DNA of 64,000 nt from Epithemia pelagica (Eukaryota; Protista; Bacillariophyta), in the NCBI GenBank assembly GCA_946965045.2, contig OX337229.1, positions 2,542,001-2,606,000 on the forward strand, written 5' to 3'. How positions within the stretch are numbered: position 1 is the stretch's first letter; each line of letters opens with the position of its first letter. This document shows positions 22,601 through 32,199 of the stretch, piece after piece. A program made the position numbers and the translations under genes. The notes under the pieces are model-generated. The model was given only the letters and a program-made list of their open reading frames with translations. It was not told the origin of the DNA and made no database searches.

Positions 22601-23185
22601 TACACCTGTGTCGCACAAGCAATGTGCAGCTATGTCCACACAGAGGAAGTAGACGCTTTGGCAAGGAGGACTACTGCAACAAGGGAACGAACGTGTGAAG
22701 ATGGACACTATCCCATCCCATTGGAAGGTAACAGACGAGTTGCATGCGCCATATGTTTGTTGGAATATCGTTGGAAACGCAAAGAGCTCGGTATGAAAGG
22801 CATTTTTACCAACGTGGGTCAATGTGCCAAGTGTGGGATTGTTGCCCATTTGGTATCATGCAAGGACGAAAGAGAAGATGGATGGAAGATCCATCAACTA
22901 CCTCAATTCACTGATCTCACATGCTTCGAGATTCTCCATTCGACCAATGGAAGAGAAATGTTCATGTGTCGACCAGCGTCATCTCCGGGAGCTCGATACA
23001 AATACACAACAAAGAAGAATCATCCAATCATAATGGATCTACGCGAGAAACACGGGTTGCCTCCAGAGTGGACAAGGAAAAGAAAGCGCAGGAACCAGGA
23101 ACGGAATGATACAGAAGAAGACGATGACAACAATGATGGTGACAATGAAAGTACTGACGAAAGTAGAGAAATGCATGAAGTGTAG
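19637..23185 (+). CDS. piggyBac-type DDD transposase with long N-terminal extension and C-terminal Cys/His-rich domain
   Basis: Uninterrupted 1182-aa ORF. It contains DLAFDEGG, RQYNKDKPQKF, AMDNRY, TGTVRSNR, WVDSKVV, YQETMGGIDEGDQ and KKWYKK, with a C-terminal CAIC...CAKC...H. Confidence 0.93.
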   Translation: MSSAAVPAENEDEESGQPNLSQPLIEPDIDHATEDTAQLPEQSVGNALATEAAFGVPPQPPPPFEAIANNTVAPPPRNSEAMDSSTNVAPTTTTTTATRRHGTESGSNVARPGGVATETTQTHDRPRRPPGNNHQRSQFSYAKRFLVAPDEFWIHDNFYQDFLRRFRPNETDNPVRVVGKIMECPSKKNGNAYSIIWDNGTISTMQVPQNWIKSQFTSTKTVKERLRQYIEAYRPNGEPSATQQQQQQSQVSEAHGGSNNVTQSPALRRSPRRGNTQSPALRRSPRRGNTQSPALRRSPRRGNTARAPPPPPPTTERERRRDALRNASNSSLRHSNRRTRSNPPSTQERAQGRATLMTAPRGEPSPAMNNSEAATGDEDNNHTPINQVATRLFGTSNTRDSTGTTDTAAQQLQPNNNSIEMAAIPTVTTRRQQQQQNNARANDDIDDNGSSSDEDADGGFELDFNDTVQRSQNPLDDYCQSDDNDSAQDNTQQNDGESTDSVSDDEDPNNSTNLKVLIDNLHFHYKEVDASTNMLSWIGKERHNRSMFRGEDGLKAGVADEFHTPLDCIRVIGGLSNSLISDMAAATNQYFHQKIRPRLMGRRGYYHSQKWKDVTAQEMTRFLGIVLMMSLRPVDGGGYASYFQTSNRMYSLGTALPSVEILDSEGWASRYMRLARFRQIRGAFHFENKGAARGGDKCYQLRKLIQAVNAASKRSFRIPQDLAFDEGGIGCRSRYCPVRQYNKDKPQKFRVDFFILASSRSYAILHLDVYQGKNATNSYIREEAKKLPTTMKAVVNACYALELHKETNGFRHLAMDNRYAAPQLLVILRDRLKILATGTVRSNRVGWNKRLMQLKKTKTNRGTIHLAHDEVNGIIIGQWVDSKVVNFASSYENNGKGQVERQVGPNKEVFNCPMVLIRYQETMGGIDEGDQMRQHFGGFATHGHFKKWYKKTGLGIMDVMLLNAYIGWNMSAGDRVRARRTKLTRHAFYTCVAQAMCSYVHTEEVDALARRTTATRERTCEDGHYPIPLEGNRRVACAICLLEYRWKRKELGMKGIFTNVGQCAKCGIVAHLVSCKDEREDGWKIHQLPQFTDLTCFEILHSTNGREMFMCRPASSPGARYKYTTKKNHPIIMDLREKHGLPPEWTRKRKRRNQERNDTEEDDDNNDGDNESTDESREMHEV
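20420..20548 (+). repeat. Three exact 42-bp tandem repeats in the transposase N-terminal region
   Basis: The unit encodes TQSPALRRSPRRGN, repeated three times. Confidence 0.95.
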
Positions 23186-23250
23186 AAGAGAATTGAATAA
23201 TCTAAATAAGAGAATATTACCCACTTTGACGCTAGTCTCTTAGTGCTTGA

Positions 23251-23907
23251 TTACTCGTCGTGATTGATAGGACCTTCGCGAAAGCCAACGTACTGTTCAT
23301 CTGGGTTCTCGTTGGGGAAGTTTTCGCGAACAAAATCAACCAAACAATCAGGAAGCTGTACACGGTGGCCGCGTCCAAGGGGGCCGTGAAGCTTGTTCGA
23401 CAAGCGGCGATACAATTGATATCGAATACTGCGATTCGATTCACCTTTTTTCTTCATATGCATTGCGATTTCATGAAGGTAAGGAAGATTGTCGACAATA
23501 ACGCAGGGATTTTGTTGACAGACTCCGCAAACACTCTCCCAATGCATGTATCCGTGAGTTTGGGAGGGAGGCGTATTGTGGTTGAGTTCGTGGAGAATTG
23601 TACTGATGCTTTCAGGACAAGCGTATTGTTCGGGCAGATATCTAGTCTCAGTAGCTTCAGCGGTCTCGTCAATGACACTGCCCTTTTCTCCTGTAACTAG
23701 CACTCGGGGTTTCTGGAGAGTGAAAGGGACCATCACAACAGTGTTTGATTGATTGTTGTCTTCAGGTTCAAGATGCATCTCTGCAACTTCGATCGACTCA
23801 ATGAGACCTGCATTTTTGCACAGAAAAGATTAGAGGGGTGAATGGAAACGAGAAACACTTGATGGGTTGGATTCTTGTATGAAATAATCCGCGCACTTAC
23901 CATTCAT
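23251..23907 (-). CDS. Accessory gene inside the piggyBac element; Cys motif plus P2X7-C-terminal/KolX-like motif
   Basis: The 175-aa ORF is extended by a canonical 93-nt intron (23808-23900, GTAAGT...TGCAG) to ATG 23907. It contains CGVCQQNPC and YQLYRRLSNKLHGPLGRGHRVQLPDCLVDFVRENFP...YVGF. Confidence 0.75.
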
Positions 23908-24135
23908 GATCTTCGGTGGGGAGGCGGTGTGGACGGAATGCCAGTAGACGAGTAAGGAATAGAAGTAACAATAGATTGCTTTGGTATCATTCATGAATGA
24001 GTGACCTTGGACGCGATGAATGAGGGAAAAAATGACACAGGTGTCATTGCTTAACACAGCTTGCTTTACTGTTTTAATAAGGGAGACAGCACTTCGAGCA
24101 GCACGTTGACTCCGATAAAATTTATGGGAGACACC

Positions 24136-24181
24136 TATATGCTGCTCGCATAAGCTTAAAACCTGTTCTTTACGATTGGCG
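24136..24181. repeat. piggyBac right end: TIR plus inverted subterminal repeat
   Basis: TATATGCTGCTCGC (24136-24149) is the reverse complement, with one mismatch, of left-end GCGAGCAGCGTATA (19284-19297). A 20-bp spacer separates it from the TIR. Confidence 0.85.
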
Positions 24182-25244
24182 TTAATCATACCATCGGAAA
24201 ACCAACGATAGGACCAAGGTTCGTTCTCTCTATCGCTGGTGGTAAGAATCGACGTTGGTTTCTTATACCATTCGACCAGGCTCGCTGCATTTTTCCAGAA
24301 CTCGGGTGGATTTTCAATTGAAGATTCATACTCTTTCAAATAGGATCCATAATGGCCTTTAGCAGTATTGAGAACCTCGTTGGCGGCTTGAACCGAGTTG
24401 GGTTGAGGAGGATGCAAAATAGGCGGTTGATCTTTGAGGACGGCTGAAAATACAGGGGCTGTGGTTGCAAATGAGTGGGAAGGACCTAACGTCTTGCTCA
24501 GTTTTCCCTTCCATGGTGGACTAGCGCAAAGCGCCCGGATCAAATATTGCTGGTTAACTTTCAAACTGTGTTGGAGGAACCGGCGAAGTGAACCATCGTT
24601 CCAGGTAAGGCTGTTCATGAGAAGACTCATCATTTCTTCTTGTGTTTTGTTTTGCTCATGAAAAGACGGGGATGCCCTGGCTACGTCGCTTCCTGTCCTT
24701 GGTATGGAGCCCCAGTGAAGGGGTTCTCTTTTCTCATTACGATGATGCCCCACTTCCGACTCATGTTCGCATCCACTCAAAGTTCCAGATCATTGCCTCA
24801 AGACGTTGTAACCAGAAAAAATATGTCTTGTAGATCACACAGAGCAACTCAAATGTTCGAATCCTCAGTGTCAATGATTGCCCTGGCCCCTTGCCCATTC
24901 TGCAATGTGTTCTCATCCATTGGATGTCCTCATGTCGTCAAAGATATAGCGAAAGATTCTTCTCTATATTGGAGTCCTGTCTAAGGAGTAGGTATAGTAG
25001 CTTTTTTACTTCTCGCTACGGGACAACAGCAAGTGTTAGCAGAGTCCTCCTCCTCTAGTAGTAGTAGAGGTATCTCCTCCTACCGAGGTACTCCCACCTC
25101 CTACCTCCTATGCACAAGGAGTACAAAGTATGAGAATGCCCACACCCATAATAAGTCATTATTATACCGCCCATTATTCAAGACCCTTCAATTCTTTTGT
25201 GCTGTTCTCTTTGTCCCGAACTGAGCGCCCCAAAGAAGAGGTAT

Positions 25245-26525
25245 CTACTTTCCGCTACGATCGTAGATCCCAATGTACGTGTTATGAAGGGATCCGAGGT
25301 ACAATTTGTCTTTGAAACACGTCACTCCAGTAAACATGGAAACATCTTCACCATTCGGATCAAGAAGATAACGGAATTCAGCAGTCTCTGGGTTGATCTC
25401 CAGGACACCACCAAACTTCTTTGGTGGCGGAGACAACTGACGTGGAAGCATGAGCAGAAGGTATCGTACCCACACGGACAAAAATCAGGGCATGGCAGCC
25501 AGAAGCTCGTGCGCAGGAACGACAGAGGAGCTCCAAAATTCTCAAGTACAATCTCAAAGGCCCAAAGGCCGGTGAAGTCGAAGTTTTGGTTGATAGCGAC
25601 GATATGATGGGATACCCAGATGGGGTTGATTGTGATCACAACACTGGTCTTTGTTACGCGGTACTGCCCAGTTAGTCTCGGCAAATACAAGGTATGTTTC
25701 GTCGCGGTTCACTCCAATGCCATTGGCAAAGAAAATACCATCCACCAACGTGCGCACCTTGTCGGTTTCTGGATCATACTCAATAACACGTCCAGTTCTT
25801 TTTCCTCGAAGAAAGTCAACTTTGGACGCATACAATGCATCAGGAGGATTGCGACCAATAATGTCACTACGAACTTCAGCGGCATCGGTAAAATAAACCT
25901 TTTGTGTTTTAGGACCAATGCACAAATCATCCACAAAAGCCAGCTTTGAGAAATTTCCTGTTTTTTCGTCCAGAACCGACGAAACGACAATTTCCACCTT
26001 TGACCGAGGATCGTGAATGTCCTTGATTCGTGTCAATCCGAAGACCGCATCAGCCATGTACAGAGTCTTTCCATCGCTGGTGAAGCCACCACCTAGAGCT
26101 CGTCCACTTCCTAAATCCTTGATAATCTCGGTTTGAGCAGTGATGAGGGTCTTGTCCGAAGCGTCGTCTTTCAAATCTGACACTGACACAATGTACCCCT
26201 CTTCCGTCAACAAGTAGATCTTGTCCATCTCCGTGGGATTGATCACAACAGTTTCTGGACCACGAATACGACTTTGTGCTTCGTCATCCCGTCCAACAAT
26301 CAGCTTTGTGCGTCCGTGCTTAAACATGAGACTGTCCTCTGAGTAATCAACAGGCGCATATTGGTTGAAGTCTTCCTCCATGGGAACGGGTCCGCCCCAT
26401 GGGAAAATGATGTCCCATGACACGTGGACAAGCGCAGCAACTACGGCTCCGTAGATGATACTTCGACCGCCTCGACGAGGACTCTTCCCGGCAGTTTTTG
26501 TTTCTTCCAAGGTTGCAACATTCAT
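25245..26525 (-). pseudogene. Strictosidine-synthase-like/APMAP-type beta-propeller gene, disrupted
   Basis: It has an N-terminal TM anchor, GPETVV, GRALGG, FVDDL..GPKTQKVYFTDAA, GRVIEYDP, FANGIGV and a C-terminal TGVT..KDKLYLGSLHN. The central segment is inverted, and there is an in-frame TGA at 25485-25487. Confidence 0.85.
25529..25673 (+). other. Inverted 145-bp exon segment of the strictosidine-synthase-like gene
   Basis: The + strand reads SSKILKYNLKGPKAGEVEVLVDSDDMMGYPDGVDCDHNTGLCYAVLPS, which is the segment missing between FAET and SVVPAHELL on the - strand. Flipping it restores the frame. Confidence 0.9.
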
Positions 26526-27134
26526 GTTTGTTATTTGTTATGTCCCTCTTCCAAATTCTTGGAAAGAAAAGATACGGATATTGGGGTTGTGGATTGAGGT
26601 GAACGAAGCATGATACCTTCATACATTTTCTTGGTATGTGAGTAAGTAAGGTTAGGGTTTTTGCTCGCGTACACATGTTGTACCCCCAGCGGGGGTGAGT
26701 TTTGTGTTGAATGCATTGAGAAATCGAGAGGATCTGAATCCCGCTCTGCTCCGCTTGGGTCTATCCCGAATCTGGGTGACGTCATACCTCATAAAGGCTA
26801 AGGTAGCAAACATAGCTGACTATTTATGCCGACGGTTCGATGTTGCTCCGCTATTTTTTATTTTTGCCGCTATTTTGGGCCTGTTTTCGAATTCAGATAG
26901 CGGAGTTACAGGAGATGGAGATGGAGATGGTGGAGTTTGATAGCGGTTTTCGGACCTTTAGCGGCCCCTGGCCCCCGGTGGAGATAGCCTTAGTCTTTTC
27001 TTTAACGAAGTGAACTCGCTCTATCGACGTAGATAAGTGCCGTGTGGAACACTATCCCTTTTTTCAACCCGAGGACGTTCTTTTTAAGAGTGGTGAATGA
27101 TAAACCACTCGAGCGATCGGCAAAGAATATCAAT

Positions 27135-28993
27135 ATGACGACTCCTTGGGACCGAATTGATGCGCATTTTCGAGCATATTTGGACAAATCTGGTGTCGAT
27201 CGAGAAGATTTCAACGGTGCACCCTCGATGCACAGGACAACCGTGCGGAATAACTTCCAGCAGTACCAGCAACAAAAGCAACAACAGCAGCAGCAGCAAC
27301 AACGCGAAGAGATCAACGAGAAGAACGTGTGGGAAGCAGCGGCGGCTGCGCACGATGGAGGAAAAGGGATCCCTTTGAGAGAGTGCGACCCGGACGACAA
27401 CGAGACCATGGGTTTCATTTACAGTGCCTTCGACGTGAAGAAAATTGATGCTCAGTTGCGGCTGAAAGCCTACATTCGACATCTTCGAGAGACGGGAGGA
27501 CTACAGCAGCAGCAGCAGCATCGCGAAGAGATCAACGTACTTAAAGACCGTCAGCGGAAACTGGAGATTCAAATGTTGCAGACATCCATGAGACTCGACG
27601 CGTATGGTGAGGACATGCTCTCTGACGCATTTGACCGAGCCGAAATCGAGGCTTTCTTTTGGCTTCCGACCTTAAAGCCTTCTCAGGCCTGGACAGGTAT
27701 CATGCAAGGGAGCGAGCAGACATACTGGGATGTATACAAAGTGGTGGACAAAAACAGAAAGGATAAAACACACATTCAGGCCGAAGCCGACGGGCTCCAG
27801 AAGTCATTCCCCGCGTCAAGTCGTTACACAATGAAAAATACAAGCAATGCTGGGAGAAGATGACGCAGGACGCAACTTTATTCCTGAGAGACCGTTCCGA
27901 GGTGCATTCTACGGCTGTTGCATTATTCGAGTGGGTTGGCCAGGATGAGGCTCCATTTCCATCGAGGAAACACACGGCGAAATTTGTGCGTACCTGCGCT
28001 CGTCTCTTTGAAAAATGCGGAGGGCACCGCGAAGTACACGGTGTGATATCGGATCTTGCTCGAATCGTTGCTGTGGAATTCGTTGGTTACGATAGCAATG
28101 GTAATCCGCTTCTTTCGAAGACACCCATTCGTCATGGGGAGGATGTGCAAACGATACTGACTCAGTTCGCCTTTGCTGACCCTTGCAACCTTGGCTTTGA
28201 CCGCATGTCAAAAGCACATTGGAATTTTAACGGTAGAATGGTTCAAGGTGGACGTATTTTAGGTGAGGGATTGCACGGTTCTGTGTTCTCCGTCATCGGC
28301 GAACCTGGGAAATTTGTCAAAACCTTTGAGAGCGAAGACGACTGTAGAAATGAGGAACAGTCGTTGAGACGATTAAACGAGCATGATCCAGAAGTGCCAT
28401 CTGTGCCTAGACTTTGTGGTGTTAGCAACAAAAAGCTTGCGATTCTGGCATCTCCGGTCGGCTCACCTGTGGAGGAGTTGCGAGGTCGGGCATTTGCGTG
28501 GGTGGTGGCCGCCAGATTCGTGGCATGTCTAGAACATGTTCATCAAACTGGCTTGTGTCATAGAGACGTGCGTCCAAGTAATATGGGCTACATCCGGGAT
28601 ACAACAGGTGATGTGGAGGTCGTTCTATTTGATTGGGCATTGTCCTGTGACTCGGGGAGTCAGCCGAAGTTTGCAGGGACTCTTCATTATGCGGCACATG
28701 GCGTTCTACGTTGTCTTGCAGACTTGGGAGATCCGATTCCTGCGGCAGAGCATGACCTGGAATCGCTCGTACACACGTTCTGGGACCTCACAAGAGACTT
28801 GCTAGCTCGTCCTCAGGTGACGATGATTGAGACATCGAACAGACCATCTAACCAGTCGGCAATGGCGATTTTGAAAGGTTGGCATGATGAGGAGAATAGC
28901 CATCCCTTGCTCAGACGCTTGCTTTCGCTCGCTCGGAGCAGGGACTACGATGGTTTAATTATTGAACTCGAAAGCTTGTCTGGATATAACTAA
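27135..28993 (+). CDS. Crinkler-like protein: poly-Q N-terminus, degenerate REase-like segment and C-terminal protein kinase (two ORFs, probable frameshift near 27852)
   Basis: Kinase motifs are LGEGLHGSVF, FVKTF, HRDVRPSN, VLFDWA, GTLHYAA and HDLESL. ORF1 and ORF2 overlap at ATGA (27860-27863), and adding one G to the GGG run fuses them (NAGEKMTQDATLF). Confidence 0.7.
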
Positions 28994-29261
28994 TGACGGT
29001 TGCTGTACTTTTTCTGTGAAGCCGCGAACGCGAAAAAACACAACTATGGTAACAAAGGGAGCGGCCGAACTTGAGTGACCGGTTCTCAACAACCACGGAT
29101 AGTAGAGCAAAGGCCCTTGGCACGACTCATGGTACCGAAGAAGTTATTAATTTCGTCGGCGTCTAGATTGGGTTTCTCGAAATACATCGATTTTGAAGGA
29201 TCTGTACTTGCCAAAAAACGCACAAAAAAGGTACAAGTTTGCCGCTTTTAGACTGTTTTTC

Positions 29262-29483
29262 TCGCCTCAGGAGCATGTTGATTGAAGTCTTCCCCCATAG
29301 AACCGGGTCCGCCCCATGGGAAAATGATGTCCCATGACAAGTGGACAAGCGCAGCAACTACGGCTCCGTAGATGATACTTCGACCGCCTTGACGCGGGCT
29401 TGAACATTCATGTTTGTAATTTGTATGTCACTCTTGGAAAAGAAAAGATACCGATACGGAGTACCCCCAAGTTGGGGTGAGTT
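29262..29483 (-). pseudogene. Degenerate duplicate of the 5' end and upstream region of the strictosidine-synthase-like gene
   Basis: 29282-29420 aligns to 26364-26535 with an internal deletion. TCTTGGAAA(A)GAAAAGATAC and GTACCCCCA..GGGGTGAGTT match 26557-26580 and 26681-26702. Confidence 0.85.
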
Positions 29484-29748
29484 GCGATCGCGCACTATAT
29501 ACAAGTGGTGCTCCTATTGAGTGTAAGGGACAAGGGATAGAGGAGGTGCAAGATTACTCCTAGCAGCTGACTTATGGATAAAATGAAAGCTCTATGACTT
29601 CACAATGCATTCGTTTTGATCAAACATGCTGACACACATCGACAGAAAGAGCGTTTGGACTTCTGAAGCACGATCCTGCCATCCTCAACATCTCGTCCTA
29701 CCACGCTTGTTTCATCTTCGATGCCTGATTGTAAGACCACGAGGCACA

Positions 29749-32193
29749 CTACGACGCATCATCATTTCCATGGACCAATTGGAGAATCTCACGCTCCAGA
29801 AAATCCTTGAAAATGTTGGGATCTTCGATGGTGGGAGTGATTTTGTATTCCTCACCATTGGCAATCTTGGACATGGTGCAGCGCAAGATCTTTCCCGATC
29901 GTGTTTTCGGAAGTGCCTTGACCGACTTGACCTTCTTGAAGGCTGCGACGGGACCCAGTTCCTGTCGTACGAGATTCACTAGTTCACGACGCAACTGTTT
30001 CTCGTCAATGGTGCTCTTTTCACTCACAACAACCAGGCCAACGGGAACTTCTCCCTTGAGAGAGTCCTTGACGGGGAAAACGGCGCAATCGACAACATCT
30101 GCATGACCCATGATGATTTCTTCCATGGCACCCGTGCTCAATCGATGACCCGCAGTATTAATGCTATCGTCGACACGCCCGACAATGTGAATGTAGGCAT
30201 CCTCGTCGAGAAAGGCCGCATCCGAGGTATCATAGTATCCGGGAAACTTGGTCATGTATGAATTCACAAAGCGCTCGTCGTTATTGTACAGAGTCTGAAA
30301 GGTTCCGGGTGGTAGGGGAAGTTTCAAGGCCAAGCAGCCCAATTCTCTGGGTTTTGTCACTTCTTGTCCAGCTTCATTCAAAATGGACATATTGTATCCT
30401 GGAGCGGGCCCTGTACAGGCGCCATAGCGAGCGGGAATCCGTCCCAATCCGACGGCATTGCCCATGGCAGGTCCTCCCAGTTCGGTCTGCCACCAATGAT
30501 CAATTGCCTCCTTGACTTCACCATACTTCCGAAGAGCATGTTCACAGTACTTGAGAGTATCTGGGTCCGCATGTTCACCTGCAAGAAACAGGTTTCGCAA
30601 GGAACTTAGATCATATTTGTCAGCGAACGATGCCGTGGGATCTGCCTGCTTGATGGCTCGAAAGGCAGTAGGAGCGACAAAGAATGTGTTGACCGCGTCT
30701 GTGCAAAAAGTGCAAATGTTAATCGTGATGAGGCTCGTGTCAAAGTATCCTTTCCAGAATGGTCGTTACTTACATTCTTGAATGACACGCCAAAATGCGC
30801 CAGGGTCCGGTGTTCCCACAGGCTTGCCTTCGTACACGACTGTGGTACATCCATGCAACAAGGGAGCATAGACACCCAAATGTCCCACAGTCCAGCCAAT
30901 GTCACTCGCCGCCCAGTAAACTTCTCCAGGATGAGTGTTATAGAAACTACCCATGGCATACTTCAAGGCCACCACCCATCCTCCAGTTTCCCTGACGACA
31001 CCTTTGGGTCGCCCTGTGGTTCCCGAGGTGTACAAGATATGATGAAAATGGGAGGAGGGCAAGGGTACCGCATCTTGCTTCTCGCCTTTTTGTCGCTGCT
31101 GTTCCATGATTTGATCATAGTCAAGGTCCCTTGGACCCATTTCACAGCGCTGTACGTTCTTGCGTTGCACAATAATGTTATTATCCACGGTATGATTGGT
31201 CGTCAATTTCGAGGCTTCATCGAGCAAAGGCTTGTAGGGTACAATGCGTGTAGGTTCCACGCCCACAGAGGCGGTCAAGACGATCTTGGGTTTACAGTCG
31301 GCAAGACGGCTTGCCAGCTCTTTTGCAGCAAAGCCTCCAAACACTACCGAATGGACGGCTCCGATTCTGCTACAGGCCAGCATGGAAATAAGAGCTTCAG
31401 GAATCATGGGCATATAGATCACCACTCGATCACCAACTTTTACACCAAGATTGGTCAAAACGCTGGATAAAGTCGCCACGTCGTCAAGCAACTGCTTGAA
31501 CGTGTATCGTTTCTTCACACCAGTCACTGGAGAATCGTAAATCAAGGCGTCTTGATCCGCCCGACCCTCATGGACATGTATATCAAGACAATTGTACGAC
31601 ATGTTGATCAATCCATCAGCAAACCACCTTGCAGACCAAAGTTTTTCATTAACGTCGCCTTCGTGCTCGAGAATAGAAGAAGGTTTACGGTGCCAGTGAA
31701 CCAATTCCGCTGCTTTCTTCCAAAAACTGTGCTGGTCTTGAATTGAAGAGGTATATTCCTGAGCGTAGGATCCATAAGACCCTTTGGCGGTGCTATGATT
31801 CACGTGAGCAACTCTGGTCGAGCTGCCCTCCGTCGAGTTCGGACCTCTAGCGGGCTCGAAGGGGCCATCTTTCCCATTGCCCACTAAAACATATTCTTCG
31901 GATGGTGCCGGAGTCTGGAACGAATGTCCCACCATTGTCGTTTCCCCTTTTACTGAGTTTAGTTTTGGTTTTTTGGGGCTGGGCTCTAAGGGACCATCTT
32001 TCCCATAGCCCACTGAAACATATTCTTCGGATGGTGCCGGAGTCTTGAACGAATGTCCCACCATTGTCGTTTCCCCTTTTACTGAGTTTAGTTTTGGTTT
32101 TTTGGGGCTGGGCTCTAAGGGACCATCTTTCCCATTGCCCACTGAAACATATTCTTCGGATGGTGCCGGAGTCTTGAACAAATGTCCCACCAT
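29749..32193 (-). CDS. ACSS3/PrpE-like acyl-CoA synthetase copy 2, with N-terminal 43-aa repeats
   Basis: Motifs are WFADGLINMSYNCLD, YTSGTTGRPKG, LFLAGEHADPDT, DHWWQTE and KTRSGKILR. An intron lies at 30699-30773, and the frame is intact. Confidence 0.92.
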
Positions 32194-32199
32194 TGTCGT
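31852..32199 (-). repeat. 129-bp tandem repeat (about 2.7 copies) at the start of ACS copy 2
   Basis: ATGs occur at 32193, 32064 and 31935. The unit is MVGH(L/S)F(K/Q)TPAPSEEYVSVG(N/Y)GKDGPLEPSPKKPKLNSVKGETT. Confidence 0.95.

Larger units (their letters stand above)
19272..24181 (+). mobile_element. Full-length piggyBac-superfamily DNA transposon (4,910 bp)
   Basis: TTAA occurs at 19268-19271 and 24182-24185. Perfect 12-bp TIRs are CGCCAATCGTAA (19272-19283) and TTACGATTGGCG (24170-24181). The element encodes a piggyBac-type transposase and interrupts a gene cleanly. Confidence 0.95.
17393..24633 (-). pseudogene. ACSS3/PrpE-like acyl-CoA (propionyl-CoA) synthetase copy 1, split by piggyBac and carrying a nonsense codon
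   Basis: The 5' part (24633-24182, ...WFSDGMI) and 3' part (19271 downward, NLSYNCLD...YTSGTTGKRKG...GKILRG) rejoin in frame once the element and one TTAA are removed. An intron lies at 18349-18443. TAA at 18137-18139 replaces the Gln of DHWWQTE seen in copies 2 and 3. Confidence 0.9.

Noticed and set aside
19272-24181. Classifying the element as Kolobok because of the TTAA duplication and second ORF
   Set aside because: The transposase motifs (FDEGG, QY-x-KDKP, DNRY, MGGID, KWYKK) are piggyBac-type.
29000-29170. Possible Helitron 3' end (CTAG at ~29164) after the kinase
   Set aside because: No convincing GC-rich hairpin precedes it, and no defined 5' end was found.
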